A stretch of DNA of 64,000 bases from positions 128,001-192,000 of the IMG/VR virus record IMGVR_UViG_3300014000_000001; one strand, written 5' to 3'. Made by a program: the position numbers and the translations under genes. The stretch is from a virus (taxonomy: Duplodnaviria > Caudoviricetes). The notes under the pieces were generated by a model that was given only the letters and a program-made list of their open reading frames with translations, was not told the origin of the DNA and searched no databases. Position 1 is the stretch's first letter. The number at the start of each line of letters is the position of its first letter. Shown here one piece after another: positions 19,812-30,026 of the stretch.

Positions 19812-20936
19812 ATGATTGATAAATTGGGAGAATCCCTCTTAAGTGTCACGGGTAAACTCGGTGACCTAATTCGGGCAGGTAACGCCAATTCCTTAACTGA
19901 ATTTACCCAATCAGCACATATCTTACCCGTTTTCCTAATGGACTCCAGCGTTGCGCTTATGACAGAAGCTGAAGCAATCATTGGTGGGGTACTTAACTAT
20001 TATGCGGCATGTTATTTAATGGCTGCACAAATGAGTGTTAATATCGGCGATATCAATGTTACTCGTCAATTAGAACGATTGAATACTCGTCGTTCACCGT
20101 TGAATGCTGGTATCGGTATGGCAAACACATTACTCCACATGGAAAGCTATACCAATGGCTTACCTAACCCTAAACAAGCTAAACTTGTTGAAAACCTAGA
20201 GGGTATAAAATTCGAATCAAAAGATTCAGAAACGGGTATGGGTGCGCAGGATGAAACCACAGCACAAACTGCACGTGGGGTAATTGATCGTATTGAAGCC
20301 AACTCAAAACTTTCAATTGGGAAAACATTAGAAGTCAATTGGGAATCCAATGGTCATCGCGGTACAGTGGTCGTGTCTTTACGTCCATCTATTCAAACCA
20401 CATCTGATGCTTCAATGACCAATATCTTATCCATTGGTACGAAGAATCTGGAATTCAAAGAACGGATGCACGGAATCAAGTCTGGAACACTACATTGGTT
20501 CTACGACGGTGTACTTGCCATGGATGTTATTAAAGAAATGCGTAAAGCGCGCATTCAAGATAACACAGGGTATTACGCTGATGCACTGGCTCGTCACCGT
20601 AAAAACAAAATCTCTTCAATCATTTCCTTAAACCCATCTGTAGCTCAGCTATCTTCAGTATTCATCATCAGTGCTGAAACCGCTCGTGATCTTGAAGTAC
20701 GCACTAATTTAAACTTGAAGAAGTTTAAAGATCGTCAGAAGATGTTTGAGAACTCTTTTGGTATGGTGTTGGTCGTAGTAGATAAAGCTTGGAAGAATTG
20801 CAAGATTTATTCTCACGGTATTCAAGATTACACTACAGTATCATTCAGTCAACTTGATGGCGTGAGTAAAGGTAAAGGCGGTGACATTAAAGAGATGTTA
20901 AACGCTTTGATGCTCTCAGATGCTCCACGTTTCTAA
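19812..20936 (+). CDS. internal head/inner body protein (phiKZ gp89-like)
   Basis: 374 aa, SD GAGG; LHME and IKFE motifs; synteny. Confidence 0.7.
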   Translation: MIDKLGESLLSVTGKLGDLIRAGNANSLTEFTQSAHILPVFLMDSSVALMTEAEAIIGGVLNYYAACYLMAAQMSVNIGDINVTRQLERLNTRRSPLNAGIGMANTLLHMESYTNGLPNPKQAKLVENLEGIKFESKDSETGMGAQDETTAQTARGVIDRIEANSKLSIGKTLEVNWESNGHRGTVVVSLRPSIQTTSDASMTNILSIGTKNLEFKERMHGIKSGTLHWFYDGVLAMDVIKEMRKARIQDNTGYYADALARHRKNKISSIISLNPSVAQLSSVFIISAETARDLEVRTNLNLKKFKDRQKMFENSFGMVLVVVDKAWKNCKIYSHGIQDYTTVSFSQLDGVSKGKGGDIKEMLNALMLSDAPRF

Positions 20937-20951
20937 AAGGTAAAAACGATA

Positions 20952-21857
20952 ATGAAACTCACTGCACTTATGGCGTCCTTGATGCCTACGTTCACCAAAG
21001 GCACTTTAGAAGATGAATTCGAAGAAGTGCAAAAGATCGTAAACCAGATCAATATTCCGTTTTTAGAAGCTGGTGTAAAGCAACTTGGTAAATATAAGTT
21101 CAAAACTGAATTTGTAGATACCATGGAAACCCAGTTGGTTGATTCAGCGAAGATGAAGAAGTTCCCTAACTTCTTAGGTTCGTTCTTAGAAATCAATAAA
21201 CGGATGCGTGATCAATTCCCTGTAATTCAACGTTTGATTGATGAGTATTTTGAAGAAGACATCAGTGTACATGCGCTGAACTTACAACGTGTTAACCTTT
21301 TGCAATACATTCCAATCATGATGTTTATTGCACGTTACATCCGTACCTTCACCAATTATGCTTTAGGTTTAGAGATCAACATTGCATCTGAATCACCAGA
21401 AGCAACCTTTGAACTTATTCCAGCAGAGCGTGATTGGTTAAAAGCGAACCGTAGTACATTCTTAGATTCAGTGAATGTAGTTATGCATCGTGGCGATAAG
21501 CTTGAAAAAATCTTTGAGCAACTCCCTGATATGGGTATCGATCCAAGTAATGCAAAGATCGTTGAACAAACCCAAGGTTTAAAAGCTGATCCAATGGGTT
21601 TAGGTTTTATTCCGCTTTCAGTCAACCCATTCTTCTGGGCAGGTAAGTTCTTAGTCAATTACCAAACTGAACGTTATCACTTAGCTAAAGATGAACTCGA
21701 TATGCTCGAGCGTAAACTTTACAACTTAAAGATCATCAATGATGGGCGTAATGATGCGAAGCTTCAAAAAGAGATTAAATATCTCGAAGAGAATCGTGTT
21801 AAGCCTCTTAAAGAAAAGATCATGAATTGGGAAGAGGAATATGTCCATAACTCTTAA
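20952..21857 (+). CDS. internal head/inner body protein (phiKZ gp90-like)
   Basis: 301 aa with C-terminal coiled coil; synteny. Confidence 0.7.
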   Translation: MKLTALMASLMPTFTKGTLEDEFEEVQKIVNQINIPFLEAGVKQLGKYKFKTEFVDTMETQLVDSAKMKKFPNFLGSFLEINKRMRDQFPVIQRLIDEYFEEDISVHALNLQRVNLLQYIPIMMFIARYIRTFTNYALGLEINIASESPEATFELIPAERDWLKANRSTFLDSVNVVMHRGDKLEKIFEQLPDMGIDPSNAKIVEQTQGLKADPMGLGFIPLSVNPFFWAGKFLVNYQTERYHLAKDELDMLERKLYNLKIINDGRNDAKLQKEIKYLEENRVKPLKEKIMNWEEEYVHNS

Positions 21858-22386
21858 ACAATATCCATCTGGGTTACGTACCCTAGAAGGTAAGTATAAC
21901 CCAGCAGTTGACTTTCGTACCTACCGTGTTGAAAGTATTAAAGACGGTGATCCCCTTCTCAATCAGTTAGTTCATCGTGTTCAATTAGATCGCTTAGCTA
22001 ATCTTTCATCTTTAGATAAGTTAGCTTTTGTTGATTGCGCTAAACGTTTGTTTGGAAACTTCGATGAGTTTGTGAAATACAACATCCAGAACAATCAACT
22101 GTGTAATGGAAAAGATCTAGATTTCCTCATCGATACTGTACAGTTTGTGAATGGTGGTGTTCGTTCAATGAACATCAATACTTGGATGAGTTATTTGGAT
22201 CAAAAACCAAAGAAACCTGAAAGTCTACCTACTCATCAAAACCTCACGTTAAATTTTACGGGAGCTAATTATATAGGTAAGTGGCTACGTCAGCCTGATG
22301 GTATGGCGGATTTAATTGCCACCCTTATTCTCATGTTTGGGTTGAAGTTAACCGACCCAAAAAACATCAAAAATGGTCTAATCTAG
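21841..22386 (+). CDS. virion structural protein (phiKZ gp91-like)
   Basis: 181 aa; KWLRQPDGMADL motif; SD GAGG. Confidence 0.65.
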   Translation: MSITLKQYPSGLRTLEGKYNPAVDFRTYRVESIKDGDPLLNQLVHRVQLDRLANLSSLDKLAFVDCAKRLFGNFDEFVKYNIQNNQLCNGKDLDFLIDTVQFVNGGVRSMNINTWMSYLDQKPKKPESLPTHQNLTLNFTGANYIGKWLRQPDGMADLIATLILMFGLKLTDPKNIKNGLI

Positions 22387-22402
22387 ATTGGAGCTATAAG
22401 CC

Positions 22403-23773
22403 ATGGCTAATTTATTTGCACACCTTCACATGGAAGATCGTACTGCAGACTTTCCTGAAGGTGCTTTAATCACTGAAGGCGACGAAGGTGAATCAGTAGC
22501 TGCTGCGATTGCAGAAGCAACAGAAGAAGAAGCGGGTGTTGTTGAAGCTGAAAACGAGATGGATGATCTTGTTGAAGGTGAAGAAACAGCAAGTGATCTT
22601 GTTGATGCGGTTGAAGAAGCGCCAAAAACTGAATCTGCTGGTCTTACAACTACTAATGCACGTTTGCTTTCTAAAGTGTTGAAACACTTAGGTGGTGCGG
22701 CTACCGCTAAATCACTCATGCCGAAAATGGAACACTTTGATGGTCGCGCAAGTCGTCGCGATGCAACCCAGTTGGTAATGGAAGGTATCAAAGATTCTTT
22801 GAAAAACTTCTGGGAAGCATTGAAACGTCAATTCCAAAAAGTTTGGGCAAAGCTTAAAACTTGGTATGTGAAAACATTCTCTGCTGCTAAACGTATCGCT
22901 GATCGCGCGAAAACCATTCGTGATCGTGCTGAAGGTATGTCAGCCACAATCGATAAAAAATCGTTTCAATTCGGTCAAGCTAAACAACTGGTTGTTGGTG
23001 GTAATTTAAAATCAGCTTCGGCATTTGAATCCGCGTTTAATCGGGTTATTGCATTGGTGGAAGGTGTTACTGATGTCCCAACTGACGCACAATTGGACAA
23101 CCTTGCGGATTCGTTGGATGGTTACGGTAAAACTGATAACAAATTAGAATCGATTGCAGCAGTTGCAATGGAAGAAGTTTTCGGTAAACTTGGGAATAAA
23201 ATTGGTGGCGGTGCAGCTGGAACACTGGATTCTAAAGTAGCTGCTTCTTTGGGTGAAGGTGATGGCGGTAATGCTCAAACAGCGGCGTCAGATGTATTAC
23301 CTGGAGACAAACAACTCGTATTTGTAACATCTAAAGATAATAAAGATACGAATGCTATTCTTCGCATGTGTCGTATTGTTTTTGTTAACACCAAAGACAA
23401 ACCGAAAGAAATCGATGGTAACGTTGATGTAGTTACCTTAAATGCATCTCAAGTAGCCAATTTCTGCGATCAAATTACAAGTGCTGCTGGTTCAATTGCG
23501 GACTATGAAGCTAAATGGCAAAAAGTAGATAAGGCTCAAGAGCATGTTCTTCGTAAACTTGATGAATTAACTCGTGATGCTTTAAATGATGTTAAAGATA
23601 ATGACAATGCGGACAGCAAAGATGAGCGTGCAGTTCGCACATTATGTACTAATGTAACTAATTTTACTAAGCGTGTAGCTAATATGCCTGGTCAAATTAA
23701 CAGTTATGCAATGGGTATCTTTGGTGCAACTTTGAACTGGTGTGAAGGTTCAATGCGTAATTACAAAAAGTAA
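22403..23773 (+). CDS. phiKZ-like internal head protein, paralog 1
   Basis: Acidic propeptide, then VME-GIKDSLKNFWEALK..VWAKLKTWY; similar to three downstream paralogs. Confidence 0.8.
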   Translation: MANLFAHLHMEDRTADFPEGALITEGDEGESVAAAIAEATEEEAGVVEAENEMDDLVEGEETASDLVDAVEEAPKTESAGLTTTNARLLSKVLKHLGGAATAKSLMPKMEHFDGRASRRDATQLVMEGIKDSLKNFWEALKRQFQKVWAKLKTWYVKTFSAAKRIADRAKTIRDRAEGMSATIDKKSFQFGQAKQLVVGGNLKSASAFESAFNRVIALVEGVTDVPTDAQLDNLADSLDGYGKTDNKLESIAAVAMEEVFGKLGNKIGGGAAGTLDSKVAASLGEGDGGNAQTAASDVLPGDKQLVFVTSKDNKDTNAILRMCRIVFVNTKDKPKEIDGNVDVVTLNASQVANFCDQITSAAGSIADYEAKWQKVDKAQEHVLRKLDELTRDALNDVKDNDNADSKDERAVRTLCTNVTNFTKRVANMPGQINSYAMGIFGATLNWCEGSMRNYKK

Positions 23774-23789
23774 TTCTCTAAACCATCAA

Positions 23790-23813
23790 CTCTAGCGGAT
23801 TAATCCGCTAGAG
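23790..23813 (+). terminator. terminator-like perfect palindrome
   Basis: CTCTAGCGGATTAATCCGCTAGAG. Confidence 0.6.
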
Positions 23814-23884
23814 CTTGCTTTCCACGTAATATTTTATGATAGTAATTATCATAACAGAATAATCTCATTTTGGAGCTGTAATCC

Positions 23885-25264
23885 ATGGCTAATTTATTTG
23901 TAAAATTGGAAGATGCATCTGAAGAACAACGCTTAGGTGATGATCTTCCTGCAGGTGGTTTAGACGAATCTGAAACTGCAACTGCTGAAATTGCTGATCT
24001 CCGTGCTGAAGAAGCGGAAGTTGTTGAAGCTGAGCGTGAAGCTGACGATCTTGATGACCGTGTTGAACTTGCTGAAGATGTAGCTGAAGAAGTTGAACCA
24101 GTTGTAACTGAAGGTAAAGGTCTTGACAAAGCAGGTATGGCAATTGCACTTGCTGCACTTCGTCGTATTGCTGGTAAACAAGCGAAACATCTTGTTGGTA
24201 AAAACATTCGTATGGAAGCAATCGATGCAGGTGCTTCTGGTCGTGCTGAACAAACCAAAATTGTTTTTGAAGATCTTAAAGATACTTTGAAATCTGCTTG
24301 GGCTGCGATTAAAGCTGCGTTCAAAAAAGCATGGGCAAAAATCAAAACTTGGTACATCAAAACTTTTGATGCTTCTAAGAAGTTGAAAAAGCGTGCTGAA
24401 AACATCCGTACTAAAGCCGAAAATACTTCAGCAACCATTGACAAGAAAACGTTCTCTTTCTCTGGCGCTAAGTCTATTTATACTGGCGCTAAGTTACAAC
24501 CGGGTGAATTGAATACAGCATTGGCTGCAGCAAAAAATCTTGCTGATAAATACTTAGATACAGTAAAATCTGATGACGTAGGTAATAAAGCTACTGAATT
24601 AGGTACTCTTCTAGGTGAAGTTGGAAAGGATGAAGCTGCTATCAATAGTGCCATTTCCGCTATTTATGAAAAAGTTATCAATGTTCAAGATCCGGCGAAT
24701 CTTAACTCTGACAACGTGGTTGAATCAAAAGTAAAAGACTCTTTTGGTGCGAATAATGAAGTAAATGTAAAAACATCTGTTGAATTGCCTGGTGCTCGTG
24801 CGGTTGCCTATGTTAAAGGTACTGCTGGTAAAAATGCCGACATCAATAGTAAAATTGCTGCGGTTCGTCGCACTCGTTTGACTATGACTAATACAAAAGA
24901 CAAGCCAAAAGAAATTACAGGTGATGTTACAACAGCATCAACTTCACAAGTCTCTACGCTTTGTGATCATGTAATCGAAATTGCTGAACTCATTTTTGAT
25001 TTCAAGAAAGGCTGGGAAAATCGTGACCGCGATCAAGAAAAATTGATCAAAGCTATCGATGATGCCTTCAAAGACGTATCCAGCGAAAAAGATGAAAATG
25101 TTACTTCTCCAATTCGTCGTCACGCTCGTGGCCTAGCTTCTGCTGCTACCGGACTACTACGTCGAGATTCTGCGTTCAAAGCATCTTTCGTTGGTTATCT
25201 GATGACTACTTGTAACGTTGCATTGTCTTACGCTGAAGGTTCTTTGCGTCAGCACAAAAAGTAA
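23885..25264 (+). CDS. phiKZ-like internal head protein, paralog 2
   Basis: VFE-DLKDTLKSAWAAIK..AWAKIKTWY; closest to paralog 1. Confidence 0.8.
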   Translation: MANLFVKLEDASEEQRLGDDLPAGGLDESETATAEIADLRAEEAEVVEAEREADDLDDRVELAEDVAEEVEPVVTEGKGLDKAGMAIALAALRRIAGKQAKHLVGKNIRMEAIDAGASGRAEQTKIVFEDLKDTLKSAWAAIKAAFKKAWAKIKTWYIKTFDASKKLKKRAENIRTKAENTSATIDKKTFSFSGAKSIYTGAKLQPGELNTALAAAKNLADKYLDTVKSDDVGNKATELGTLLGEVGKDEAAINSAISAIYEKVINVQDPANLNSDNVVESKVKDSFGANNEVNVKTSVELPGARAVAYVKGTAGKNADINSKIAAVRRTRLTMTNTKDKPKEITGDVTTASTSQVSTLCDHVIEIAELIFDFKKGWENRDRDQEKLIKAIDDAFKDVSSEKDENVTSPIRRHARGLASAATGLLRRDSAFKASFVGYLMTTCNVALSYAEGSLRQHKK

Positions 25265-25285
25265 TTGATTTACTTTGATTGCTTT

Positions 25286-25311
25286 AGATAGGCTGCTTAA
25301 GCAGCCTATCT
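25286..25311 (+). terminator. terminator (perfect palindrome)
   Basis: AGATAGGCTGCTTAAGCAGCCTATCT, then TTTATGC. Confidence 0.75.
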
Positions 25312-25328
25312 TCATTTATGCAGCTTTT

Positions 25329-25376
25329 CATTAATCTCAATAAATTTCAGATATATATTATCTAACTGAATCAAGT
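25329..25376 (+). promoter_or_regulatory. putative early promoter, copy 2
   Basis: CATTAATCTCAATAAATTTCAGATATATATTATCTAACTGAATCAAGT. Confidence 0.75.
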
Positions 25377-25419
25377 AGATCTATCTTCTACTTAAACTTA
25401 TATCCCAGAGGTAATTATC

Positions 25420-25683
25420 ATGTTAACAGTATTAAATGCAACTCAATCTTTTGAAGCTATGATGTTCAACGTTAAACTAGCACCATTGTGTTCTCAAGCT
25501 GATTTGAAGAAAGAAGAAGTTATAAATCTTCTAAAAGGTAAACTTACTCCTGATGAGTATCAGGAAGCTTCAAAGAAAATTATCGCAGTTAGCGATATGG
25601 GTTATCGTGAAGTTTATCAAATGTTAAATACTATTACTACCTATTTCCAAAAAGGAAATGGACGTTACGCACAATTTGCATAA
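25420..25683 (+). CDS. putative early hypothetical protein
   Basis: 87 aa, SD AGAGGT, with its own promoter and terminator. Confidence 0.7.
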   Translation: MLTVLNATQSFEAMMFNVKLAPLCSQADLKKEEVINLLKGKLTPDEYQEASKKIIAVSDMGYREVYQMLNTITTYFQKGNGRYAQFA

Positions 25684-25709
25684 AAGAAACCTAGGTTTCT
25701 TTTTTTTTT
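25682..25709 (+). terminator. rho-independent terminator
   Basis: AAAAGAAACCTAGGTTTCTTTT followed by a long T tract. Confidence 0.7.
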
Positions 25710-25751
25710 GGCATTCACTTGAATTTTATGGTAAGATAGGAGTTTATAACA

Positions 25752-27275
25752 ATGTCTTTTGAAGATGATTTAATTGATCTTCCTGCACGGATTAATCGTT
25801 ATCGTGATGCAGGATATGATCGAGCTGAAGCCGCACGTATGGCTCGCTCAGATGCAGTTGGGGTAGCGAAGCAAGTTTTAATGGAAGACTACGCTGACCC
25901 AGTTGCAGTTGAAATTGAAAACCTTGATCAAATTCCAGTGGAATCAGTGGAAGATGATATTATTCATGAGCGCTTAGAAACAGCTGTTGAAGTTGCTGCG
26001 ATCACCAATGCTTGTGTGCGCCACCGCATTGGAATGAGTGATACTAATTACAAACTCCTCGCAGCATTACAAAACCATTTACTTTCAAAAGGGATTGGTT
26101 CAGCAGCTGTGATGCCTAAACTTGAATCCATCCATGCTGAAGCTATTTCCCCAATGCAGCTTACAATTCACATGGAAGATACTTCTAAGTTCTCCATGAA
26201 AGAAATGTGGCAGAAGCTTAAGCAGTCATTTATCAATGCGTTTAACCGTATTAAGAGCTGGTATATTAAAGCTTTTGATGCGACCAATCGTTTGGGTAAA
26301 AAAGCAGCAGCGGTGAAACAAACTGCTGAAAACAAACAAGGTACCATGAATAATAATACCTTTGAATTCAGTGGCATGAAACAACTTGCTATGAATAATA
26401 AAGCTCCTGATCCAGCGCAGTTTGCTCAGTCCATTCAAAGCATGTCTGGAATGACCATGAACATTCTGGGTAAGAATGCTGAGTATTATAACAAGTTGAC
26501 TGAGAACATGGATAAGGCTCTGCAAGAGTTAATTAAACAAGTTCCAAAACAAGCCCCAGCACAGCAAGGTAATAACACCACTCAACAGCAACAGCCGACA
26601 GGTAATCAAGCTGACTTCACTACCGCAACTGCAAATAACAATGTCATGACCGCAATCATGGCAGAAGTGGGTAATGTGCAAAAAGCATTGGGTGGTGATC
26701 AGAATCTTGAACCTTGGACAAATGCTGGGCAAGATGAACGCTTTAAAGATCTTGCAAGCTCTGGTAATGCCACTTTCTACAAATCTAAAGCCATTCTCCC
26801 AGGAGATAAAATGGCGGTGATCTCTGTACCTAATGTTGCTTCAGCTAACGGTGGTCAATCAGGTGCTTCTGACTTTAAAGACATGAAGCTTGCGTTTGGT
26901 TGTACAGTTGAACCAATTAATCCTAAACCGCGTGAGATGGAAGACAATGGACAATTCCGTACATTGAACACTTCTCAAATTATCTCGATCTGTGATTCAG
27001 TCATGGAAGCGTGTAAGGTTGGTTTAGATTATAAACTTCTTTTTGCACAGCGCGATAAAGCTTTCCAAACTTTAGGGAAACAACTTGAACAAACTGTCAA
27101 CCAAGCCGAAAACTTACATGGCCCATCCTTAACCTTTGCTCGTGCTAACATCTCTGCATGTACCGCGATCTTTAATAAGATCAACTCAGGTGAAGGTCGT
27201 TGGTTCCGCTATGCGATGGGGGTGTTCTCCAAAGCGGTAGATTATTCTCAACAATCACTGAATCAAATTCAATAA
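25752..27275 (+). CDS. phiKZ-like internal head protein, paralog 3
   Basis: PKLE/IHME motifs, then MWQKLK..AFNRIKSWY; Q/N-rich insert. Confidence 0.8.
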   Translation: MSFEDDLIDLPARINRYRDAGYDRAEAARMARSDAVGVAKQVLMEDYADPVAVEIENLDQIPVESVEDDIIHERLETAVEVAAITNACVRHRIGMSDTNYKLLAALQNHLLSKGIGSAAVMPKLESIHAEAISPMQLTIHMEDTSKFSMKEMWQKLKQSFINAFNRIKSWYIKAFDATNRLGKKAAAVKQTAENKQGTMNNNTFEFSGMKQLAMNNKAPDPAQFAQSIQSMSGMTMNILGKNAEYYNKLTENMDKALQELIKQVPKQAPAQQGNNTTQQQQPTGNQADFTTATANNNVMTAIMAEVGNVQKALGGDQNLEPWTNAGQDERFKDLASSGNATFYKSKAILPGDKMAVISVPNVASANGGQSGASDFKDMKLAFGCTVEPINPKPREMEDNGQFRTLNTSQIISICDSVMEACKVGLDYKLLFAQRDKAFQTLGKQLEQTVNQAENLHGPSLTFARANISACTAIFNKINSGEGRWFRYAMGVFSKAVDYSQQSLNQIQ

Positions 27276-27287
27276 GGGAGATCCAAG

Positions 27288-28550
27288 ATGAGTGATCTTA
27301 ATGTTTCTGATGTATTATCAGAAGCCAGTGACATTTATCAGCAGATCACCCAAACCAGTGATCAAAATGATAATATCGACAATGCATTAGAACTCGTTGA
27401 AGAAGTGGGCGACAGTGCAGGTGGGTTAGTTCAAGAAGGTTTTAGTTCAGTCAACACCAAACTGTTAAAAATCGTACTTGAAGATATTGTGGGTGTGGAT
27501 CTACTTACCACTTATTCAGTTAAACTTGAAGATGGTATGAATCCTACCCAAACCAAATTGGTGATGGAATCAGTTAAACAAGTGGTGCGAGATTTCTGGC
27601 AAGCCTTAAAGAACTCTTTCAATGCGATTTGGGCAAAGCTTAAGAGCTGGTACATTACAGTAACATCAGCATCAGAGTCTCTGGTGAAAAAAGCCAATAA
27701 GATTAAATCTCGTGCTGAAACTTTATCTACTACTCCAACTGAACGTAAGTTTGAATTTAAACATCCTGAAAACATTCAGATTCAACGTAAAGTAAATTCT
27801 GCTTCGTTACAAGCTGGGCTTAAAACCGTTAATACTGTACTTGAACAAACGCTTAATACTCGTTCAACCAATGAAGTGGAAAACTTCATTGAAGCTGCAG
27901 AAGATGCGCTTGATAACTTCATTAAGAACTCATCAGCGTCGAATCCTGATTCATCTTGGGCGAATCGTTTCTCTGATCTTTATAAACCATCAGTGAATGT
28001 AAAAACTTCACCATTATCGGATGTGAAGATCAAAGAGCAAATCATCTATGATGATAAGAATGCTGAGTATGACATCACTGATGTTATGCCTGGTGATACT
28101 TCGATTGTTTATTCTAAACTCAAAGCCGAATCAACTTTACCTCTTTCTGAGAAGCTAGGTTTGATTTCTGCACGCTTAGTGAAGACCACTCAAAAAGAAG
28201 CCGAATCAACAGTACAGGCTGATACACTCTATCCTGAGCAGGTATCTGCAATTTGTGATTTAGTGGTTGAATTGAATGAACAGATCACCTTCTATGAAAA
28301 AGCATGGCAACGTCGTGACAAATTCATGAACAAAGTGCTTTCATCTTTAGATAAGTCAATTGAAAAGATTGACAATGAAGAAGTTGCGGAAGGTCACGAC
28401 AAGGTGTACAAGAAGACGACGCGTGCTATTCTTTCAGCGATCAAACGCTCAAATACCTTTAACGCCTCTCTTATCAACTATGTTGTTAAAACCAGTGCTG
28501 GAGCATTAGCGTATTGCGAAGCTTCCATTTCTTTCTACAAGAACGCATAA
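27288..28550 (+). CDS. phiKZ-like internal head protein, paralog 4
   Basis: VKLE/VME motifs, then FWQALK..IWAKLKSWY. Confidence 0.8.
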   Translation: MSDLNVSDVLSEASDIYQQITQTSDQNDNIDNALELVEEVGDSAGGLVQEGFSSVNTKLLKIVLEDIVGVDLLTTYSVKLEDGMNPTQTKLVMESVKQVVRDFWQALKNSFNAIWAKLKSWYITVTSASESLVKKANKIKSRAETLSTTPTERKFEFKHPENIQIQRKVNSASLQAGLKTVNTVLEQTLNTRSTNEVENFIEAAEDALDNFIKNSSASNPDSSWANRFSDLYKPSVNVKTSPLSDVKIKEQIIYDDKNAEYDITDVMPGDTSIVYSKLKAESTLPLSEKLGLISARLVKTTQKEAESTVQADTLYPEQVSAICDLVVELNEQITFYEKAWQRRDKFMNKVLSSLDKSIEKIDNEEVAEGHDKVYKKTTRAILSAIKRSNTFNASLINYVVKTSAGALAYCEASISFYKNA

Positions 28551-28551
28551 C

Positions 28552-28579
28552 AAGATAGGGTGCCTAGGCACCCTATCTT
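28552..28579 (+). terminator. terminator (perfect 28-bp palindrome)
   Basis: AAGATAGGGTGCCTAGGCACCCTATCTT. Confidence 0.75.
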
Positions 28580-28625
28580 AATTTACGATGTTATCTGTTT
28601 ATGTGATGAAAAAGAGGATAATCAA

Positions 28626-29582
28626 ATGTACATGTATAAGTTTACTCGCGAAGATCTCCAACAACTAGGATTGTTGAGTGATCCAGATGCAGAACCTCGT
28701 CTCATGGGGATTCAGATGTGTGTTGTTGCTAACGAAACATTAGAAGGTGTGCTGGGGTTTCACGGCTATGATCAAATCAAAGAAGTTAATTTAATTGAAC
28801 TTTCTGCTAACGCTGAAGTGTGTTTAAAAGCAACTGGTCAGGGTTCGGCATTCATTCGTACTGGGGAAGATGGTAAATGGGAAGTTATCTCACAACCTGC
28901 GTCATGGTGCACTTCAAACCAGTATACTGTAACCACGTTCATGATTCCCCTTCTCCCTCCATATGTAACGTTGAAGTTCACAGATGAACAATATCAACAA
29001 TACTTAAAAGGAGGCTCGTTCCTCTCTGTAGTGACCTATCATAAACTTGAAGAATATCCAGTTCCTTACACTCGCTTAATCCCAATGTTTGATCAACCCG
29101 CTGCTGCTGGATTTATTCCATATACAGGTAATGGTTTTGAATTTAAAATCCTCTATGGGACCATCTTTGGTTTTGTAAATCATCTTGGATTAGTGGAAGG
29201 TACTCTATCACGCGTAACTGCTGATGGATATGAACCTGTGGATATCAACCTAGACGATTATCCGGTGGATGTGCGTAATGGGGTAGTGAATGTCATTCCC
29301 GATTATTCAAATCAAGATGGTCGTCGTTTTACTTACGAACGTAAAGATCCAGCACAGTATTGGATGATTAAGCGTAAAGAGGTAAAACCTCAATACGTGG
29401 TGAGTGTAAAACCAGAACCGTTTGAAACCATTTTGATTCAAGCTCCAATTGGTGCAGTCATTCTAATTCGTGAAGCATACAGTCAAAAAGCATTGGTGGT
29501 GACCAAAGACTCAACCTTTGAAGTAGATCCAGAGATCTATTTAAATGATCCACGTTTTGAACTCATGCCAATTCCAGCATAA
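28626..29582 (+). CDS. hypothetical protein
   Basis: ATG 28626 follows TTTATG and SD AGAGG; the track start 28560 lies inside the terminator. Confidence 0.7.
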   Translation: MYMYKFTREDLQQLGLLSDPDAEPRLMGIQMCVVANETLEGVLGFHGYDQIKEVNLIELSANAEVCLKATGQGSAFIRTGEDGKWEVISQPASWCTSNQYTVTTFMIPLLPPYVTLKFTDEQYQQYLKGGSFLSVVTYHKLEEYPVPYTRLIPMFDQPAAAGFIPYTGNGFEFKILYGTIFGFVNHLGLVEGTLSRVTADGYEPVDINLDDYPVDVRNGVVNVIPDYSNQDGRRFTYERKDPAQYWMIKRKEVKPQYVVSVKPEPFETILIQAPIGAVILIREAYSQKALVVTKDSTFEVDPEIYLNDPRFELMPIPA

Positions 29583-29588
29583 GTAGAT

Positions 29589-29613
29589 GATAGAGGGCAT
29601 TACGCCCTCTATC
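29589..29613 (+). terminator. terminator
   Basis: GATAGAGGGC-ATTAC-GCCCTCTATC followed by GTTTTATG. Confidence 0.75.
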
Positions 29614-29624
29614 GTTTTATGATG

Positions 29625-29663
29625 TTCTCAATAAATTTCAGATATATACTATCTAGGTGAAAT
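29625..29663 (+). promoter_or_regulatory. putative early promoter, copy 3
   Basis: TTCTCAATAAATTTCAGATATATACTATCTAGGTGAAAT. Confidence 0.7.
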
Positions 29664-29697
29664 AAATATTACTTTTCTAATAATAGAGGGTTTCACC

Positions 29698-29976
29698 ATG
29701 CATACATTATTAAACTTCAATGAGCTTCGCCAACACATCCATGAATTGATTGGTGGCGCTCACCCACACGCAGTCGATAACTTCACTCAAGATGCGATTG
29801 ACTTCATCATCAACAATAAACATGTGATTCACGATGGCTTAGATCAAATTACCGTTCTTGGTAAGATCTCGCGCGCAGTAGTGAAGATCGGAGCAACTCA
29901 TGCCATCATCGTGATCAACGGGAATAAATCAATATTCCCGTTGAGCGTGGTGGGGAAGTTCTCTGAAGCAGCCTAA
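29698..29976 (+). CDS. putative early hypothetical protein
   Basis: 92 aa, SD AGAGGG, with its own promoter and terminator. Confidence 0.7.
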   Translation: MHTLLNFNELRQHIHELIGGAHPHAVDNFTQDAIDFIINNKHVIHDGLDQITVLGKISRAVVKIGATHAIIVINGNKSIFPLSVVGKFSEAA

Positions 29977-29993
29977 GGGTTGCTTCTTTTTTT
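29965..29993 (+). terminator. rho-independent terminator
   Basis: GAAGCAGCC-TAAG-GGTTGCTTC followed by T7. Confidence 0.7.
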
Positions 29994-30026
29994 GCTCGAT
30001 TTTATGAATAGTAATGGGAGGCTACC

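Noticed and set aside
23800-24444. 214-aa antisense ORF, and similar shadow ORFs (22426-22791, 21356-21658, 38816-39121, 47496-47876, 51256-51612 and others)
   Set aside because: They lie opposite or out of frame within strongly codon-biased real genes, have Ser/Phe-skewed composition and lack SDs.
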